Counted from the first letter of the stretch, positions 19,012 through 29,555 are shown. The stretch: DNA of 42,088 nucleotides from an uncultured Ohtaekwangia sp. (GCA_964571345.1 CAZNCO010000001.1:1-42088); one strand, 5' to 3'. Numbers and translations: made by a program. Notes: generated by a model not told the origin, from the sequence alone.

Positions 19012-20367
19012 TTACTTCGAATAGTGCTTATAAAAAGCAACTATTGTTTCGATACCAATCAAAAAGTTTTTGATACCATAATGTTCGTTGGGGGAATGCA
19101 AGGCATCGGTATCCAGGCCAAAGCCCATCAGCACTGTATCCAGTCCCAATTCTTTTTTGAAAAGCGCCACGATCGGAATACTTCCTCCATCGCGAGTGGG
19201 AATAGGTGTTTTACCCCACACTTCTTCAAACGCTTTGCTTGCCGCTTTAAATGCCTTTGAACCAGTTGGTGTTACTGCAGGCTCCCCTCCGTGGTGTGCC
19301 GTTACCTTCACCTTCACAGATTTCGGAGCAATCGAAATAAAATGCTTGGTAAACAGGTCTGTTATCTCATCCGGGTGCTGATTAGGAACTAGCCTCATTG
19401 AAATTTTTGCGGATGCTTTCGATGGCAAAACCGTTTTTGCTCCTTCGCCTGTGTAGCCGCCCCAGATCCCATTCACATCCAAGGTAGGTCGCGTACCTGT
19501 GCGCTCCAATGTGGTGTATCCTTTTTCACCCTGGATCTCATCTATTCCCAACTCTTTTTTATACTCATTAATGTCAAAGGGAGCCTTGTTTAAGGCCTCT
19601 CGGTCTGCAGCTGACAATTCAGCTACCTTATCATAAAAGCCAGGGATTGTGACTTTTCCATTTTCGTCATGCAGCGAAGCAATCATCTTAGCAAGAACAT
19701 TTGCAGGATTAGCAACGGCACCTCCGTAAACTCCGGAATGCAAATCGCGATTAGGCCCAGTCACTTCTACTTCCATATAACTCAATCCGCGCAGGCCAGC
19801 TGTGATGGAAGGTTGTTCCAACGAAATCAAAGATGTATCGGAAATCAAAATCACATCTGCTTTTAGCTTTGCCTTATTTTCTTTTACGAACGTGCCCAGG
19901 TTATCTGAACCCACTTCCTCTTCACCTTCAATCATGAACTTTACATTGCAGGTGAGAAGGTTATGCTTCATCATTATTTCAAATGCCTTGATGTGCATGT
20001 AGAACTGGCCTTTGTCGTCACAGGCACCGCGAGCATAAATCTTACCATCGCGCACGGTAGGCTCAAAAGGAGGCGAGGTCCACAAATTGAGCGGATCGGG
20101 GGGTTGAACATCGTAATGACCATACACCAACACCGTTGGCTTTGAGAAGTCAACAATTTTTTCTCCAAATACGATAGGATGACCTTTTGTTTCCATCAAC
20201 TCTACTTTATCCGCTCCGGCATCTTTCAATTTTTGCATCACATATTCTGCAGCCTTGCGCACATCTCCTTTGTGTTTGCTGTCGGCACTAACAGATGGAA
20301 TACGGAGCAATTCAAACAGTTCTGAGAGAAACCGGTCTTGATTGGATTGGATGTATTGGTGAATCAT
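19012..20367 (-). CDS. M20A dipeptidase (ArgE/DapE/CNDP-like)
   Basis: YGHYDVQP, ARGACDDKGQ, EGEEE, DLHSG and HSPNE motifs. Confidence 0.92.
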   Translation of the reverse strand: MIHQYIQSNQDRFLSELFELLRIPSVSADSKHKGDVRKAAEYVMQKLKDAGADKVELMETKGHPIVFGEKIVDFSKPTVLVYGHYDVQPPDPLNLWTSPPFEPTVRDGKIYARGACDDKGQFYMHIKAFEIMMKHNLLTCNVKFMIEGEEEVGSDNLGTFVKENKAKLKADVILISDTSLISLEQPSITAGLRGLSYMEVEVTGPNRDLHSGVYGGAVANPANVLAKMIASLHDENGKVTIPGFYDKVAELSAADREALNKAPFDINEYKKELGIDEIQGEKGYTTLERTGTRPTLDVNGIWGGYTGEGAKTVLPSKASAKISMRLVPNQHPDEITDLFTKHFISIAPKSVKVKVTAHHGGEPAVTPTGSKAFKAASKAFEEVWGKTPIPTRDGGSIPIVALFKKELGLDTVLMGFGLDTDALHSPNEHYGIKNFLIGIETIVAFYKHYSK

Positions 20368-20487
20368 TTTTGATAGTGATTTTCGATGCGAAAGTTAAAC
20401 CTTAAATCCTGAAATAAGAAGAGTAAACACATCTGTGATTGTTGGATTAAAGCTAAATCTTTAACTTCCAAACAAATCAACTTTTGA

Positions 20488-21747
20488 ATGAACAAACGTA
20501 CCTTTCTCAAGAGCCTGGGACTTCTTTCCGTGAGTGCTTCTCCTGCCTTCGCATCCGTTGAAAAATTATTTGATTCGGTAAAAGACACAAATGCAGGTGA
20601 GCTGGCCGCAGACGAAAAATTCTGGGAAGAAGTGCGCAAAGGTTATCGCCTAAAGCCAGACTACATCAATCTTGAAAACGGCTATTATTGTATTCAACCG
20701 GAAGAGACACTCGAACATTTCATCCGACATGTGCGAGAGGTGAATTACCAGGGCGCCTATTATATGCGTACTGTTCAATATGATAATAAGAAAGCCACTG
20801 CCGCGCGCCTCGCATCTTTGTTGGGCTGCTCAACGGAAGAACTTATTATCACACGCAACACGACCGAATCGCTGGATATGATCATTGGTGGGTTTCCCTG
20901 GAAAGAAGGTGACGAAGCGGTAATGGCTGAACAAGATTATGGGGCAATGCTGGACATGTTCAAGCAATCGGCAAAGCGATTTGGTATTATTAACAAAGTC
21001 GTTTCGATTCCAAACCATCCAACATCTGATGAGGAAATTGTAAATCTTTACGCCAATGCAATCACACCTAAAACAAAATTACTGATGGTTTGCCACATGG
21101 TGAACATCACAGGACAGATTCTTCCATTGAAAAAAATTTGTGACATGGCGCACAGCAAAGGCGTGGAAGTGATGGTAGACGGTGCACATGCCTTCGCGCA
21201 CTTTAAGTATTCGCTCACCGATTTTGAGTGGGACTATTATGCCGCGAGTTTGCACAAGTGGCTGAGTGTTCCTTTGGGAGCGGGCGTTTTGTGCGTAAAG
21301 AAAAAACACATTTCAAAAATATGGCCGTTGATTGGTGATAGCAATCCTAACCTGGACGACATCAATCGCTTGAATCACACGGGCACCCACCCTGTACATA
21401 CCGATCTTGCCATTAACAATGCCATTGACTTTTATCAGAAGATAGGAGCTGATCGAAAAGAAGCCCGACTTCGGTATCTTCAGAACTATTGGACAAATCA
21501 GGTGAGAAATTTACCTCATATTATTTTGAACACACCTGAAGACACAACACGCTCGTGCGCAATTGCCAACGTTGGAGTAAAGAACATGAAGCCAAGTGAG
21601 ATGGCAGAAACACTTTTGAAAAAATTCAAGATTTATACTGTGGCCATTGATGGAGCAAATGTGCACGGGTGCAGGATCACGCCTAACCTTTTTACAACGC
21701 TGGCTGAGCTGGATATTTTTGTAACGAGCCTGAAGCAACTCGGCTAA
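20488..21747 (+). CDS. Class V PLP aminotransferase / isopenicillin-N-epimerase-like, with Tat-like leader
   Basis: TRNTTE, VDGAH and SLHKWL (PLP Lys) motifs; leader MNKRTFLKSLG...AFA. Confidence 0.88.
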   Translation: MNKRTFLKSLGLLSVSASPAFASVEKLFDSVKDTNAGELAADEKFWEEVRKGYRLKPDYINLENGYYCIQPEETLEHFIRHVREVNYQGAYYMRTVQYDNKKATAARLASLLGCSTEELIITRNTTESLDMIIGGFPWKEGDEAVMAEQDYGAMLDMFKQSAKRFGIINKVVSIPNHPTSDEEIVNLYANAITPKTKLLMVCHMVNITGQILPLKKICDMAHSKGVEVMVDGAHAFAHFKYSLTDFEWDYYAASLHKWLSVPLGAGVLCVKKKHISKIWPLIGDSNPNLDDINRLNHTGTHPVHTDLAINNAIDFYQKIGADRKEARLRYLQNYWTNQVRNLPHIILNTPEDTTRSCAIANVGVKNMKPSEMAETLLKKFKIYTVAIDGANVHGCRITPNLFTTLAELDIFVTSLKQLG

Positions 21748-21890
21748 CAAATCTTCAACCGATTTCACTACTAAGTGTTAGTTGGTTTTTAAAATTTTTT
21801 TGAAGATTCTCTGACCAATTTTCACAACCTGTTTTTTCATGCCGTATTTTTATAAACTCGGAAAAAATCAGGAACCAAAATTTCAGAAAA

Positions 21891-24800
21891 TTGGAAGATC
21901 AAGTTGACCAGGGTTTGTATCATCCCTCCTTCGAAAAAGATTCGTGTGGCGTTGGTTTTGTTGCTAACATCAAAGGAAGAAAATCACACCAGATCGTAAG
22001 TGATGCGATCACCATGCTGGAACGGATGAACCACCGCGGTGCATGCGGCTGCGAGCCAAACACAGGTGACGGTGCCGGAATCCTCATTCAAATTCCGCAT
22101 GAGTTCTTTACCAATGAATGTCGCAAGCTTGGGATAAAGCTTCCCGCATATTCGCAATATGGTGTGGGGTTAGTCTTTTTCCCGCGCGATGCAAAAGTTC
22201 GTGAAGAGTGCCGTACGGTTCTCTATCGTCAGATCAAAAAAATGAAGCTCACGCTTCTTGGTTACCGCCCTTTACCAACTATCAATAATGATTTGGGCGA
22301 GAGTGCTCTAAAAGCCGAGCCAGTGATGGAACAAATATTCATCAAGCGACCCGAGACGATGAAAGACCCGGAAGAGTTTGAGCGCAAACTTTTCATCCTG
22401 AGAAAATATTCAACTCATATCATCACTGATTCCGTAAAGGGTGTAGACAATCAATTTTATTTCTCTTCGCTAAGTTACAAAACCATTTCCTATAAGGGAA
22501 TGCTTACTTCACTTCAGCTGAAGCCTTATTTTCCTGATTTGGAGAATGAAGAAGTAGTTTCTGCGCTTGCTGTTATTCACTCACGTTTCTCTACAAACAC
22601 ATTTCCTTCGTGGAGATTGGCGCAACCTTTCCGCTACATCGCGCACAACGGTGAGATCAACACTGTGCAGGGAAATATCAACTGGCTGAAATCAAAGGAG
22701 GCATTCTTCTCTTCATCTTATTTTACAAAGGAAGAGCTGGATATGATTTTGCCGATTTGCAATCCTCTTCAATCTGACTCTTCAAATCTTGATAATGCTA
22801 TCGAATTACTTGTCCACGCAGGCCGTTCGCTACCGCATGTGATGATGATGCTCATTCCTGAAGCATGGGACGGCAATGAAGGGATGAGCCAGGAGAAAAA
22901 AGATTTCTATGAATATCACGCGAACTTGATGGAGCCCTGGGATGGCCCAGCTTCGATTACCTTCACAGATGGAAAAATTGTAGGAGCCACGCTTGACCGT
23001 AACGGACTTCGTCCTTCACGATTCATTGTGACAGATGACGACACCGTGATCATGGCAAGCGAGGTGGGTGTTTTGGATATCGATCAATCGAAAGTAATTA
23101 CAAAAGGTCGATTGCAACCAGGAAAAATGTTTGTGGTAGACCTGGAGCAAGGCCGAATCATCAGCGATGATGAATTGAAGAAAAATATCTGCACACGTAA
23201 ACCTTATGGCCAATGGCTAAAAGATAATAAGGTACGACTTAGCGATCTTCCTGAGCCTGGTGGAAGTTTCCACAAGTATGATCCGACTACCTTTTTAAAA
23301 CGACAAATTTCATTTGGATATACTTCTGAAGATTTGCGTGTGATTCTTGCACAAATGTGCGAGACGGGGAAAGAAGCACTTGGCTCTATGGGTAGCGATA
23401 TTCCTTTGGCCATCCTTTCAAAGCAGGCGCAACACCTTTCAAGTTATTTCAAACAACTCTTTGCGCAGGTAACCAATCCACCGATCGATCCGATTCGCGA
23501 AAGATTGGTAATGTCGTTGGCATCGCATGTTGGTGGATCTTTAAATTTACTTGAAGAGTCTCCCGAACACTGTATCACGCTTGAATTGCCGACTCCGATT
23601 TTATCGAATAACGAATTGGAGAAAATCCGTTACATCGATCACCGCCATCTTCAAACAAAAACCATTTACACATATTTCAAGGCCGATGGCAAAGAAGGCT
23701 CGTTGGAAAAAGGTTTGAACCGAGTATGTCAATATGTAACAGATGCGGTGGAAGACGGCTTTACCATTATCATTTTATCCGATAGAAGTTTTGATAGCGG
23801 TCACGCGCAGATTCCTTCGTTATTGGCGGTTGCTGCGGTACATCACGATTTGATTCGTAAAGGTCTTCGCGGTAAGGTTGGAATATTAGTAGAAGCCGGA
23901 GATGTGTGGGAAACACATCACTTCGCCACGCTAATTGGCTATGGAGCATCAGGTGTTAATCCATACCTGGTTTATCAAACCATTCACGACATGAAGAAGC
24001 GCAATCTCTTCAGCGAAGAACTTACCGAAGAGAAAGCGATTTATAATTACAAGAAGGCTGTAGCTGGCGAGTTGCTCAAGGTGATGAGCAAGATGGGCAT
24101 CAGTACGCTGCAATCTTATCATGGCGCACAGATTTTTGAAGCTCTTGGTATCCATAAAGATGTAATCGATCAATACTTTACAGGAACAGTTTCTCGTATT
24201 GGCGGCTTGACCTTGGATGCAATTGCTGAAGAAGCATTGGCAAGACACACGCAGGCATTCCCAACTACGGCCAACTCCACTCCACGATTGGAAGTTGGTG
24301 GTGTATATCAATGGAAGCAGCGCGGTGAAGCTCACTTGTTCAATCCGCAGACCATTCACTTGCTTCAGCAGTCGACCAAAACAAATGATTATTCATTATT
24401 CAAAAAATATTCTTCCCTTATCAACGAGCAAAGTGAAAAGGCAATTACGCTTCGCAGTTTGTTGAAATTCAGAAAAGGAAAATCTATTCCGCTCAACGAA
24501 GTAGAATCGAAGGAAAGTATTTTCAAACGTTTTGCTACCGGTGCAATGTCGTTCGGTTCTATTAGTTATGAAGCTCACAGTACACTTGCCGTGGCAATGA
24601 ATAGAATCGGAGGCAAAAGCAATTGTGGTGAAGGTGGTGAAGATGAAGCTCGCTTCAAGAAAAAAGAAAATGGTGATTGGGAAAATTCTGCCATCAAGCA
24701 AGTAGCATCAGGTCGCTTTGGTGTAACGAGTTATTACCTCGCCAATGCGAAAGAACTGCAAATTAAAATGGCGCAAGGCGCAAAGCCCGGTGAAGGAGGC

Positions 24801-26435
24801 CAATTGCCCGGACACAAAGTGGATGATTGGATTGGAAGAGTTCGCCATTCAACACCTGGCGTTGGTTTGATTTCTCCTCCACCTCATCACGATATTTATT
24901 CAATCGAAGATCTTGCACAATTAATTTTCGATTTGAAAAATGCAAACCGCGATGCACGCATCAGCGTGAAGCTGGTAAGTGAAGCTGGTGTTGGTACGAT
25001 TGCTTCCGGTGTTGCGAAAGCACATGCTGATGTAATTCTCATTGCAGGTCATGATGGTGGAACAGGCGCATCGCCATTGAGTTCAATTCGTCATGCAGGC
25101 TTGCCCTGGGAGCTTGGGCTCGCGGAAGCGCATCAGACGTTGGTGAGAAATAAATTACGCGGCCGTGTTGTTCTGCAAACGGATGGCCAGATTCGTACCG
25201 GTCGTGATCTTGCCATTGCTGCTTTGCTTGGCGCTGAAGAGTTTGGCGTAGCCACCGCAGCACTAGTCACCACAGGTTGCATCATGATGCGCAAGTGTCA
25301 TCTCAATACTTGTCCTGTTGGAGTGGCTACTCAAAACAAAGAATTGCGTGCACTCTTTACAGGTAAGCCTGAATATGTAGTGAACCTTTTCACATTCCTT
25401 GCGGAAGAACTCCGCGAGATAATGGCAGAGCTCGGATTCCGCACCGTTAACGAAATGGTAGGCCAGGTGGATCGCCTGGAAGTAAAAGAAAATGATGACA
25501 ATTGGAAGATCAAAAATATCGATCTCTCATCCGTGCTTTACAAAGAAGCAATCAGCCTTGATACTGCGCTTTTTAAGCAAGAAGAACAAGATCACGGCAT
25601 CGCTACAGTAATGGACAAAAATTTGATTGCGTTAGCAAAGCCTGCGCTTGAAAATGCTGAAGCCGTGAAAGCAGAACTTATCATTAGCAACCAAGACCGA
25701 GCGGTCGGAACTATGTTATCAAATGAAGTTTCGAAAATTTATCTCGGAGCGGGCTTGCCAAAAGATACCATTCATTACAAATTCAACGGAACTGCAGGTC
25801 AAAGTTTCGGAGCTTTTGCAGCCCCTGGAATTACGTTTGAATTGGAAGGCGATGCAAATGATTATTTCGGTAAAGGACTTTCGGGCGGGCGTTTGATTCT
25901 TTATCCCGACAAGGCAATTACCTACAATCCTTCTAAAAATATCATTGTAGGAAACGTAGCATTCTTTGGTGCTACTTCTGGCGAGGCATTCATTCGCGGT
26001 ATGGCAGGAGAACGTTTTGCTGTGCGCAATAGTGGAGTGAAGGTAGTTGTAGAAGGTGTGGGCGATCACGGCTGTGAATACATGACAGGCGGCATAGTGG
26101 TGGTACTCGGTGAAACAGGAAGAAACTTCGCAGCTGGTATGAGCGGTGGTATAGCCTATGTGTGGGATGTGAACAAAACATTTGTGAAGAACTGCAACAT
26201 GGAGATGGTGATGCTCGATACACTTGATAATGAAGATGAGCGCTTGTTAAAAGAAATGATTACGGCACATCAGAAAGAAACAGGAAGTGATCTGGCCGCA
26301 CACGTGTTGAGTTATTGGAAAAATGCCTTTACGCAATTCATCAAAGTGATGCCGGTAGATTACAAGAAAGTTTTGGAAAAGAAGAAATTGGTTAGCCAAT
26401 CGGTAACGGTACCAATTAATCTGTCAAGCAATTAA
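21891..26435 (+). CDS. gltB: Glutamate synthase large subunit
   Basis: DSCGVGF (catalytic Cys), HSRFSTNT, EPWDGPA, QGAKPGEGGQL, CHLNTCPVG and GXGXG C-terminal domain. TTG start. Confidence 0.98.
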   Translation: MEDQVDQGLYHPSFEKDSCGVGFVANIKGRKSHQIVSDAITMLERMNHRGACGCEPNTGDGAGILIQIPHEFFTNECRKLGIKLPAYSQYGVGLVFFPRDAKVREECRTVLYRQIKKMKLTLLGYRPLPTINNDLGESALKAEPVMEQIFIKRPETMKDPEEFERKLFILRKYSTHIITDSVKGVDNQFYFSSLSYKTISYKGMLTSLQLKPYFPDLENEEVVSALAVIHSRFSTNTFPSWRLAQPFRYIAHNGEINTVQGNINWLKSKEAFFSSSYFTKEELDMILPICNPLQSDSSNLDNAIELLVHAGRSLPHVMMMLIPEAWDGNEGMSQEKKDFYEYHANLMEPWDGPASITFTDGKIVGATLDRNGLRPSRFIVTDDDTVIMASEVGVLDIDQSKVITKGRLQPGKMFVVDLEQGRIISDDELKKNICTRKPYGQWLKDNKVRLSDLPEPGGSFHKYDPTTFLKRQISFGYTSEDLRVILAQMCETGKEALGSMGSDIPLAILSKQAQHLSSYFKQLFAQVTNPPIDPIRERLVMSLASHVGGSLNLLEESPEHCITLELPTPILSNNELEKIRYIDHRHLQTKTIYTYFKADGKEGSLEKGLNRVCQYVTDAVEDGFTIIILSDRSFDSGHAQIPSLLAVAAVHHDLIRKGLRGKVGILVEAGDVWETHHFATLIGYGASGVNPYLVYQTIHDMKKRNLFSEELTEEKAIYNYKKAVAGELLKVMSKMGISTLQSYHGAQIFEALGIHKDVIDQYFTGTVSRIGGLTLDAIAEEALARHTQAFPTTANSTPRLEVGGVYQWKQRGEAHLFNPQTIHLLQQSTKTNDYSLFKKYSSLINEQSEKAITLRSLLKFRKGKSIPLNEVESKESIFKRFATGAMSFGSISYEAHSTLAVAMNRIGGKSNCGEGGEDEARFKKKENGDWENSAIKQVASGRFGVTSYYLANAKELQIKMAQGAKPGEGGQLPGHKVDDWIGRVRHSTPGVGLISPPPHHDIYSIEDLAQLIFDLKNANRDARISVKLVSEAGVGTIASGVAKAHADVILIAGHDGGTGASPLSSIRHAGLPWELGLAEAHQTLVRNKLRGRVVLQTDGQIRTGRDLAIAALLGAEEFGVATAALVTTGCIMMRKCHLNTCPVGVATQNKELRALFTGKPEYVVNLFTFLAEELREIMAELGFRTVNEMVGQVDRLEVKENDDNWKIKNIDLSSVLYKEAISLDTALFKQEEQDHGIATVMDKNLIALAKPALENAEAVKAELIISNQDRAVGTMLSNEVSKIYLGAGLPKDTIHYKFNGTAGQSFGAFAAPGITFELEGDANDYFGKGLSGGRLILYPDKAITYNPSKNIIVGNVAFFGATSGEAFIRGMAGERFAVRNSGVKVVVEGVGDHGCEYMTGGIVVVLGETGRNFAAGMSGGIAYVWDVNKTFVKNCNMEMVMLDTLDNEDERLLKEMITAHQKETGSDLAAHVLSYWKNAFTQFIKVMPVDYKKVLEKKKLVSQSVTVPINLSSN

Positions 26436-26464
26436 AAAAAATTGAATCATAACAAAGCAAGGAA

Positions 26465-27916
26465 ATGGGAAAACCAACAGGCTTTTTAGAATTTGAAAGA
26501 GAGCTTCCGAAGAAACGGGAAGTAAAGGAGCGCGTAAAAGATTATAAAGAAGTAGAAGGTGGTGTGAACGAGTCGATCACTACTAAGCAAGCTGCGCGCT
26601 GCATGGATTGCGGGATACCATTTTGTCACCATGGATGTCCGCTGGGCAATATCATACCTGAATTTAACGATGCCGTATACCAAGGCAATTGGAAGTTAGC
26701 ATACGAAATTCTGGTGAGCACAAATAACTTCCCGGAATTCACCGGAAGAATATGCCCTGCACCGTGTGAAGCATCCTGTGTGTTGGGTATTAATAAGCCA
26801 GCCATTGCGATTGAATATATTGAAAAGTCAATCATTGAAAAAGCATTTGCAGAAGGGTATGCAAAACCACGCATTCCATCTGCACGCACAAACAAGAAAG
26901 TGGCAATTGTTGGCTCCGGTCCTGCCGGGCTTGCTGCTGCAGCTCAGCTTAACTATGCGGGTCATAATGTCACCGTTTTTGAGCGTGCAAATGAAATTGG
27001 CGGATTACTTCGTTACGGAATTCCCGACTTTAAATTAGATAAACAAGTTCTCGATCGCAGGGTTAACCTGATGGTTGAAGAAGGCGTTAAATTTCAGGCA
27101 AGTGTAAATGTGGGCCAGGATATTTCTGCAGAGCAATTGCGTGAAGAATTTGATGTAATTGTATTGACGGGCGGATCGACAGTACCTCGCAATTTGCCAA
27201 TCCCTGGAAGAGAATTAAAAGGTGTTCATTTCGCAATGGATTTTCTTACTCAGCAAAATGCGCGCGTGGCAGGAAAGAAAATTCACACAGAAGAAATCTG
27301 GGCAACGGGAAAAAATGTGGTGGTGATTGGCGGTGGCGATACAGGCTCTGATTGCGTGGGCACAAGCAATAGACATGGTGCAAAGTCAGTAAGTCAAATC
27401 GAGATTTTATCAAAGCCGCCAAAAGACAGAACGCCACAAATGCCATGGCCGAACTGGCCGATGATCTTGCGCACCTCCACTTCGCACGAAGAAGGATGCG
27501 ACAGAAGCTGGAGCATTGTTACAAAAGAATTTGTGGGTGACGACAAAGGGAATTTAAAGGCATTGAAGATCGTTGAAGTAGAGTGGCAGGGAAATAAATT
27601 CACAGAAGTAAAAGGTACCGAAAGAGAAATCCCTTGTGAACTTGCATTACTTGCGATGGGCTTCCTGCATCCGCAGCACGAAGGCTTGCTCGATCAATTA
27701 GCCGTTGACTATGACGATCGCGGTAATGTGAAGTGCAGCAAATATCAAACTTCCGTAGAAGGTGTGTTTGCTGCTGGCGATATGCGCAGAGGACAAAGCC
27801 TGGTAGTATGGGCGATCAGTGAAGGTCGCGAAGCCGCGCGTGCGGTAGATCAATACCTGATGGGACAAACTAATCTTGAAGCGAAAGAGCAAGGAGCATT
27901 GAGTCTTTCGATTTAG
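26465..27916 (+). CDS. gltD: Glutamate synthase small subunit
   Basis: MGKPTGF, RCMDCGIPFC, GRICPAPCE, GSGPAG, GGGDTGSDC and GDMRRGQSLVVWAI motifs. Confidence 0.98.
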   Translation: MGKPTGFLEFERELPKKREVKERVKDYKEVEGGVNESITTKQAARCMDCGIPFCHHGCPLGNIIPEFNDAVYQGNWKLAYEILVSTNNFPEFTGRICPAPCEASCVLGINKPAIAIEYIEKSIIEKAFAEGYAKPRIPSARTNKKVAIVGSGPAGLAAAAQLNYAGHNVTVFERANEIGGLLRYGIPDFKLDKQVLDRRVNLMVEEGVKFQASVNVGQDISAEQLREEFDVIVLTGGSTVPRNLPIPGRELKGVHFAMDFLTQQNARVAGKKIHTEEIWATGKNVVVIGGGDTGSDCVGTSNRHGAKSVSQIEILSKPPKDRTPQMPWPNWPMILRTSTSHEEGCDRSWSIVTKEFVGDDKGNLKALKIVEVEWQGNKFTEVKGTEREIPCELALLAMGFLHPQHEGLLDQLAVDYDDRGNVKCSKYQTSVEGVFAAGDMRRGQSLVVWAISEGREAARAVDQYLMGQTNLEAKEQGALSLSI

Positions 27917-27938
27917 AAAATTTTCAATACTAGTTTTG

Positions 27939-27969
27939 AAAAGGACTGCAGAGACGCAATCCTTTTTTT
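27939..27969 (+). terminator. Probable intrinsic terminator of gltBD
   Basis: AAAGGACTGC-agagac-GCAATCCTTT (one mismatch) followed by a T-run. Confidence 0.6.
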
Positions 27970-28053
27970 GCTTTAAAGAGTCATATTGATGTACGTGGCT
28001 TTCGGATTTTTGACCTTAGGACAATCGCCTTGTCAATTACGAGAATCTGTTAG

Positions 28054-28548
28054 TTATTTTCTCAACTCATTAATCGCATCGCTCAACTTCGTTACGAAGT
28101 TGTTTAGATAAGCCGGGTTATTTCCTGCTTCGATATACCAGTGGCGTTCATTTCCATTGGCTTTTACTTTTATGTAATAATGGCCTGCGTCTGGCCAGTA
28201 AGAGCCAATCGTTTCAGTGGCTTCTGAGAAAATTTGATTGGGAAGTTGTGAGGGTAAGTCTTTTACTTTCTGGTAAACACTGTCAGGCAGCAAAATCATT
28301 TTGGCTGAGTCTGAGTTTACCATGATTTGGTTGATGGCTCCGTATAGTTTTCCATTTTCAATTTTACAAACCACATCGCATCTGTTGCAAAATGCGCCCG
28401 TGTGACCGAAAACAAAATAATCGTAGTACGGTTGCCCTTCTCCCGGATTCTCTGTGTACGACCATTGATTGTATTCGCAGGAAGTCAACATCGCTGCCGA
28501 GGCGATCGCTATTATAATGCCGGCTATTATCCATCTCAGCTTCTTCAT
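28054..28548 (-). CDS. Hypothetical lipoprotein
   Basis: MKKLRW, hydrophobic core and LTSC lipobox; also has a CNRC motif. No family recognised. Confidence 0.7.
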   Translation of the reverse strand: MKKLRWIIAGIIIAIASAAMLTSCEYNQWSYTENPGEGQPYYDYFVFGHTGAFCNRCDVVCKIENGKLYGAINQIMVNSDSAKMILLPDSVYQKVKDLPSQLPNQIFSEATETIGSYWPDAGHYYIKVKANGNERHWYIEAGNNPAYLNNFVTKLSDAINELRK

Positions 28549-28660
28549 AGATCAGTTCTCTTTCCGGATTTGACCGTGAGCGCTGCCGGAAGGTTGGAAT
28601 GCAGTTGGTGTTTATTCTAATGAATTTACCACCATGACAAAACTGCAGGACTTTCTCTTT

Positions 28661-28697
28661 TCCTGACAGTGAGTAAATGGTGAGTAAATTGTCAGGA
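28661..28697. promoter_or_regulatory. Operator-like element: 8-bp inverted repeat enclosing a 10-bp direct repeat
   Basis: TCCTGACA GTGAGTAAAT G GTGAGTAAAT TGTCAGGA. The structure is seen directly; the function is inferred. Confidence 0.45.
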
Positions 28698-28823
28698 TAC
28701 GCTCCTTAATGCTTCGTCCTGAAATGCATCAATTTATGCAGAGGGCTTGAATTAAAGCCGCTAGCTTACCTAAGGCCAGGAACGCATTTGGTTGATCTCC
28801 TAAGGTCTGTAAAGGAGAAAAAA

Positions 28824-29555
28824 TTAATTCACCTTTATCAACTCTACCTCAAAAATTAAAGTTGAGTATGGTGGAATTTGTGCACCGGAACCGCGCTCGC
28901 CATAACCAAGGTTGTAAGGAATGAATAGCATAAATTTATCACCTTCCTTCATTAACTGAAGTCCTTCTGTCCATCCGCTGATCACTTGATTAAGACCAAA
29001 GCTGGCAGGTTGCCCGCGCTGAACAGAACTATCGAACACGGTTCCATCAATCAGTTTGCCGGTGTAATGCACAGTCACGTTGCTTGTAGCTGTAGGTGCA
29101 TTTCCATTACCTCTGGCAAGTACTTTGTATTGCAGTCCACTCGCGGTTACCTGAACCCCTTCCTTTGTTTTGTTGCTTTCCAGAAATTCTTTACCCTCAT
29201 CTTTCGCACGAGCCGTTTTCCTTTCGAAAGCCTGTTGCATGAAGCCCTGAACAATCGGCATGCAGGCCTGCTGTTCAATTTGTAAAGTCTTTTTTCCGAA
29301 AACATCTCGCACAGCTGCAACCATTGTTTCAACGTCTAGTGAATCTCCGCCCTGACTTTTGATGTTGTTGGCAAACAGTACACCCATTGCATAGCCAGCT
29401 TTTTGGTTTTGCGTATTCAATAGCACTGCCTTCGGTTTTTTTAATTCAGCTATTTCAGCTTGTAGTTTCTTTACCTGTGCCTCAAGATCCTTTTTAGATT
29501 GAGCGAGGGTGGCAGTAGCCATCAGAAAGACGAAAGGAATAAACAGAAACCGCAT
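28824..29555 (-). CDS. FKBP-type peptidyl-prolyl isomerase (FkpA/Mip-like)
   Basis: Signal peptide; GYAMG N-domain; [25 protein letters not shown] and [21 protein letters not shown] box at 29601-29594. Confidence 0.95.
   Translation of the reverse strand: MRFLFIPFVFLMATATLAQSKKDLEAQVKKLQAEIAELKKPKAVLLNTQNQKAGYAMGVLFANNIKSQGGDSLDVETMVAAVRDVFGKKTLQIEQQACMPIVQGFMQQAFERKTARAKDEGKEFLESNKTKEGVQVTASGLQYKVLARGNGNAPTATSNVTVHYTGKLIDGTVFDSSVQRGQPASFGLNQVISGWTEGLQLMKEGDKFMLFIPYNLGYGERGSGAQIPPYSTLIFEVELIKVN

Noticed and set aside
28795-28823. TCTCCT...AGGAGA hairpin after the FKBP gene as a terminator
   Set aside because: Short stem with a long loop, and the T-run is on the wrong side for the minus-strand transcript.
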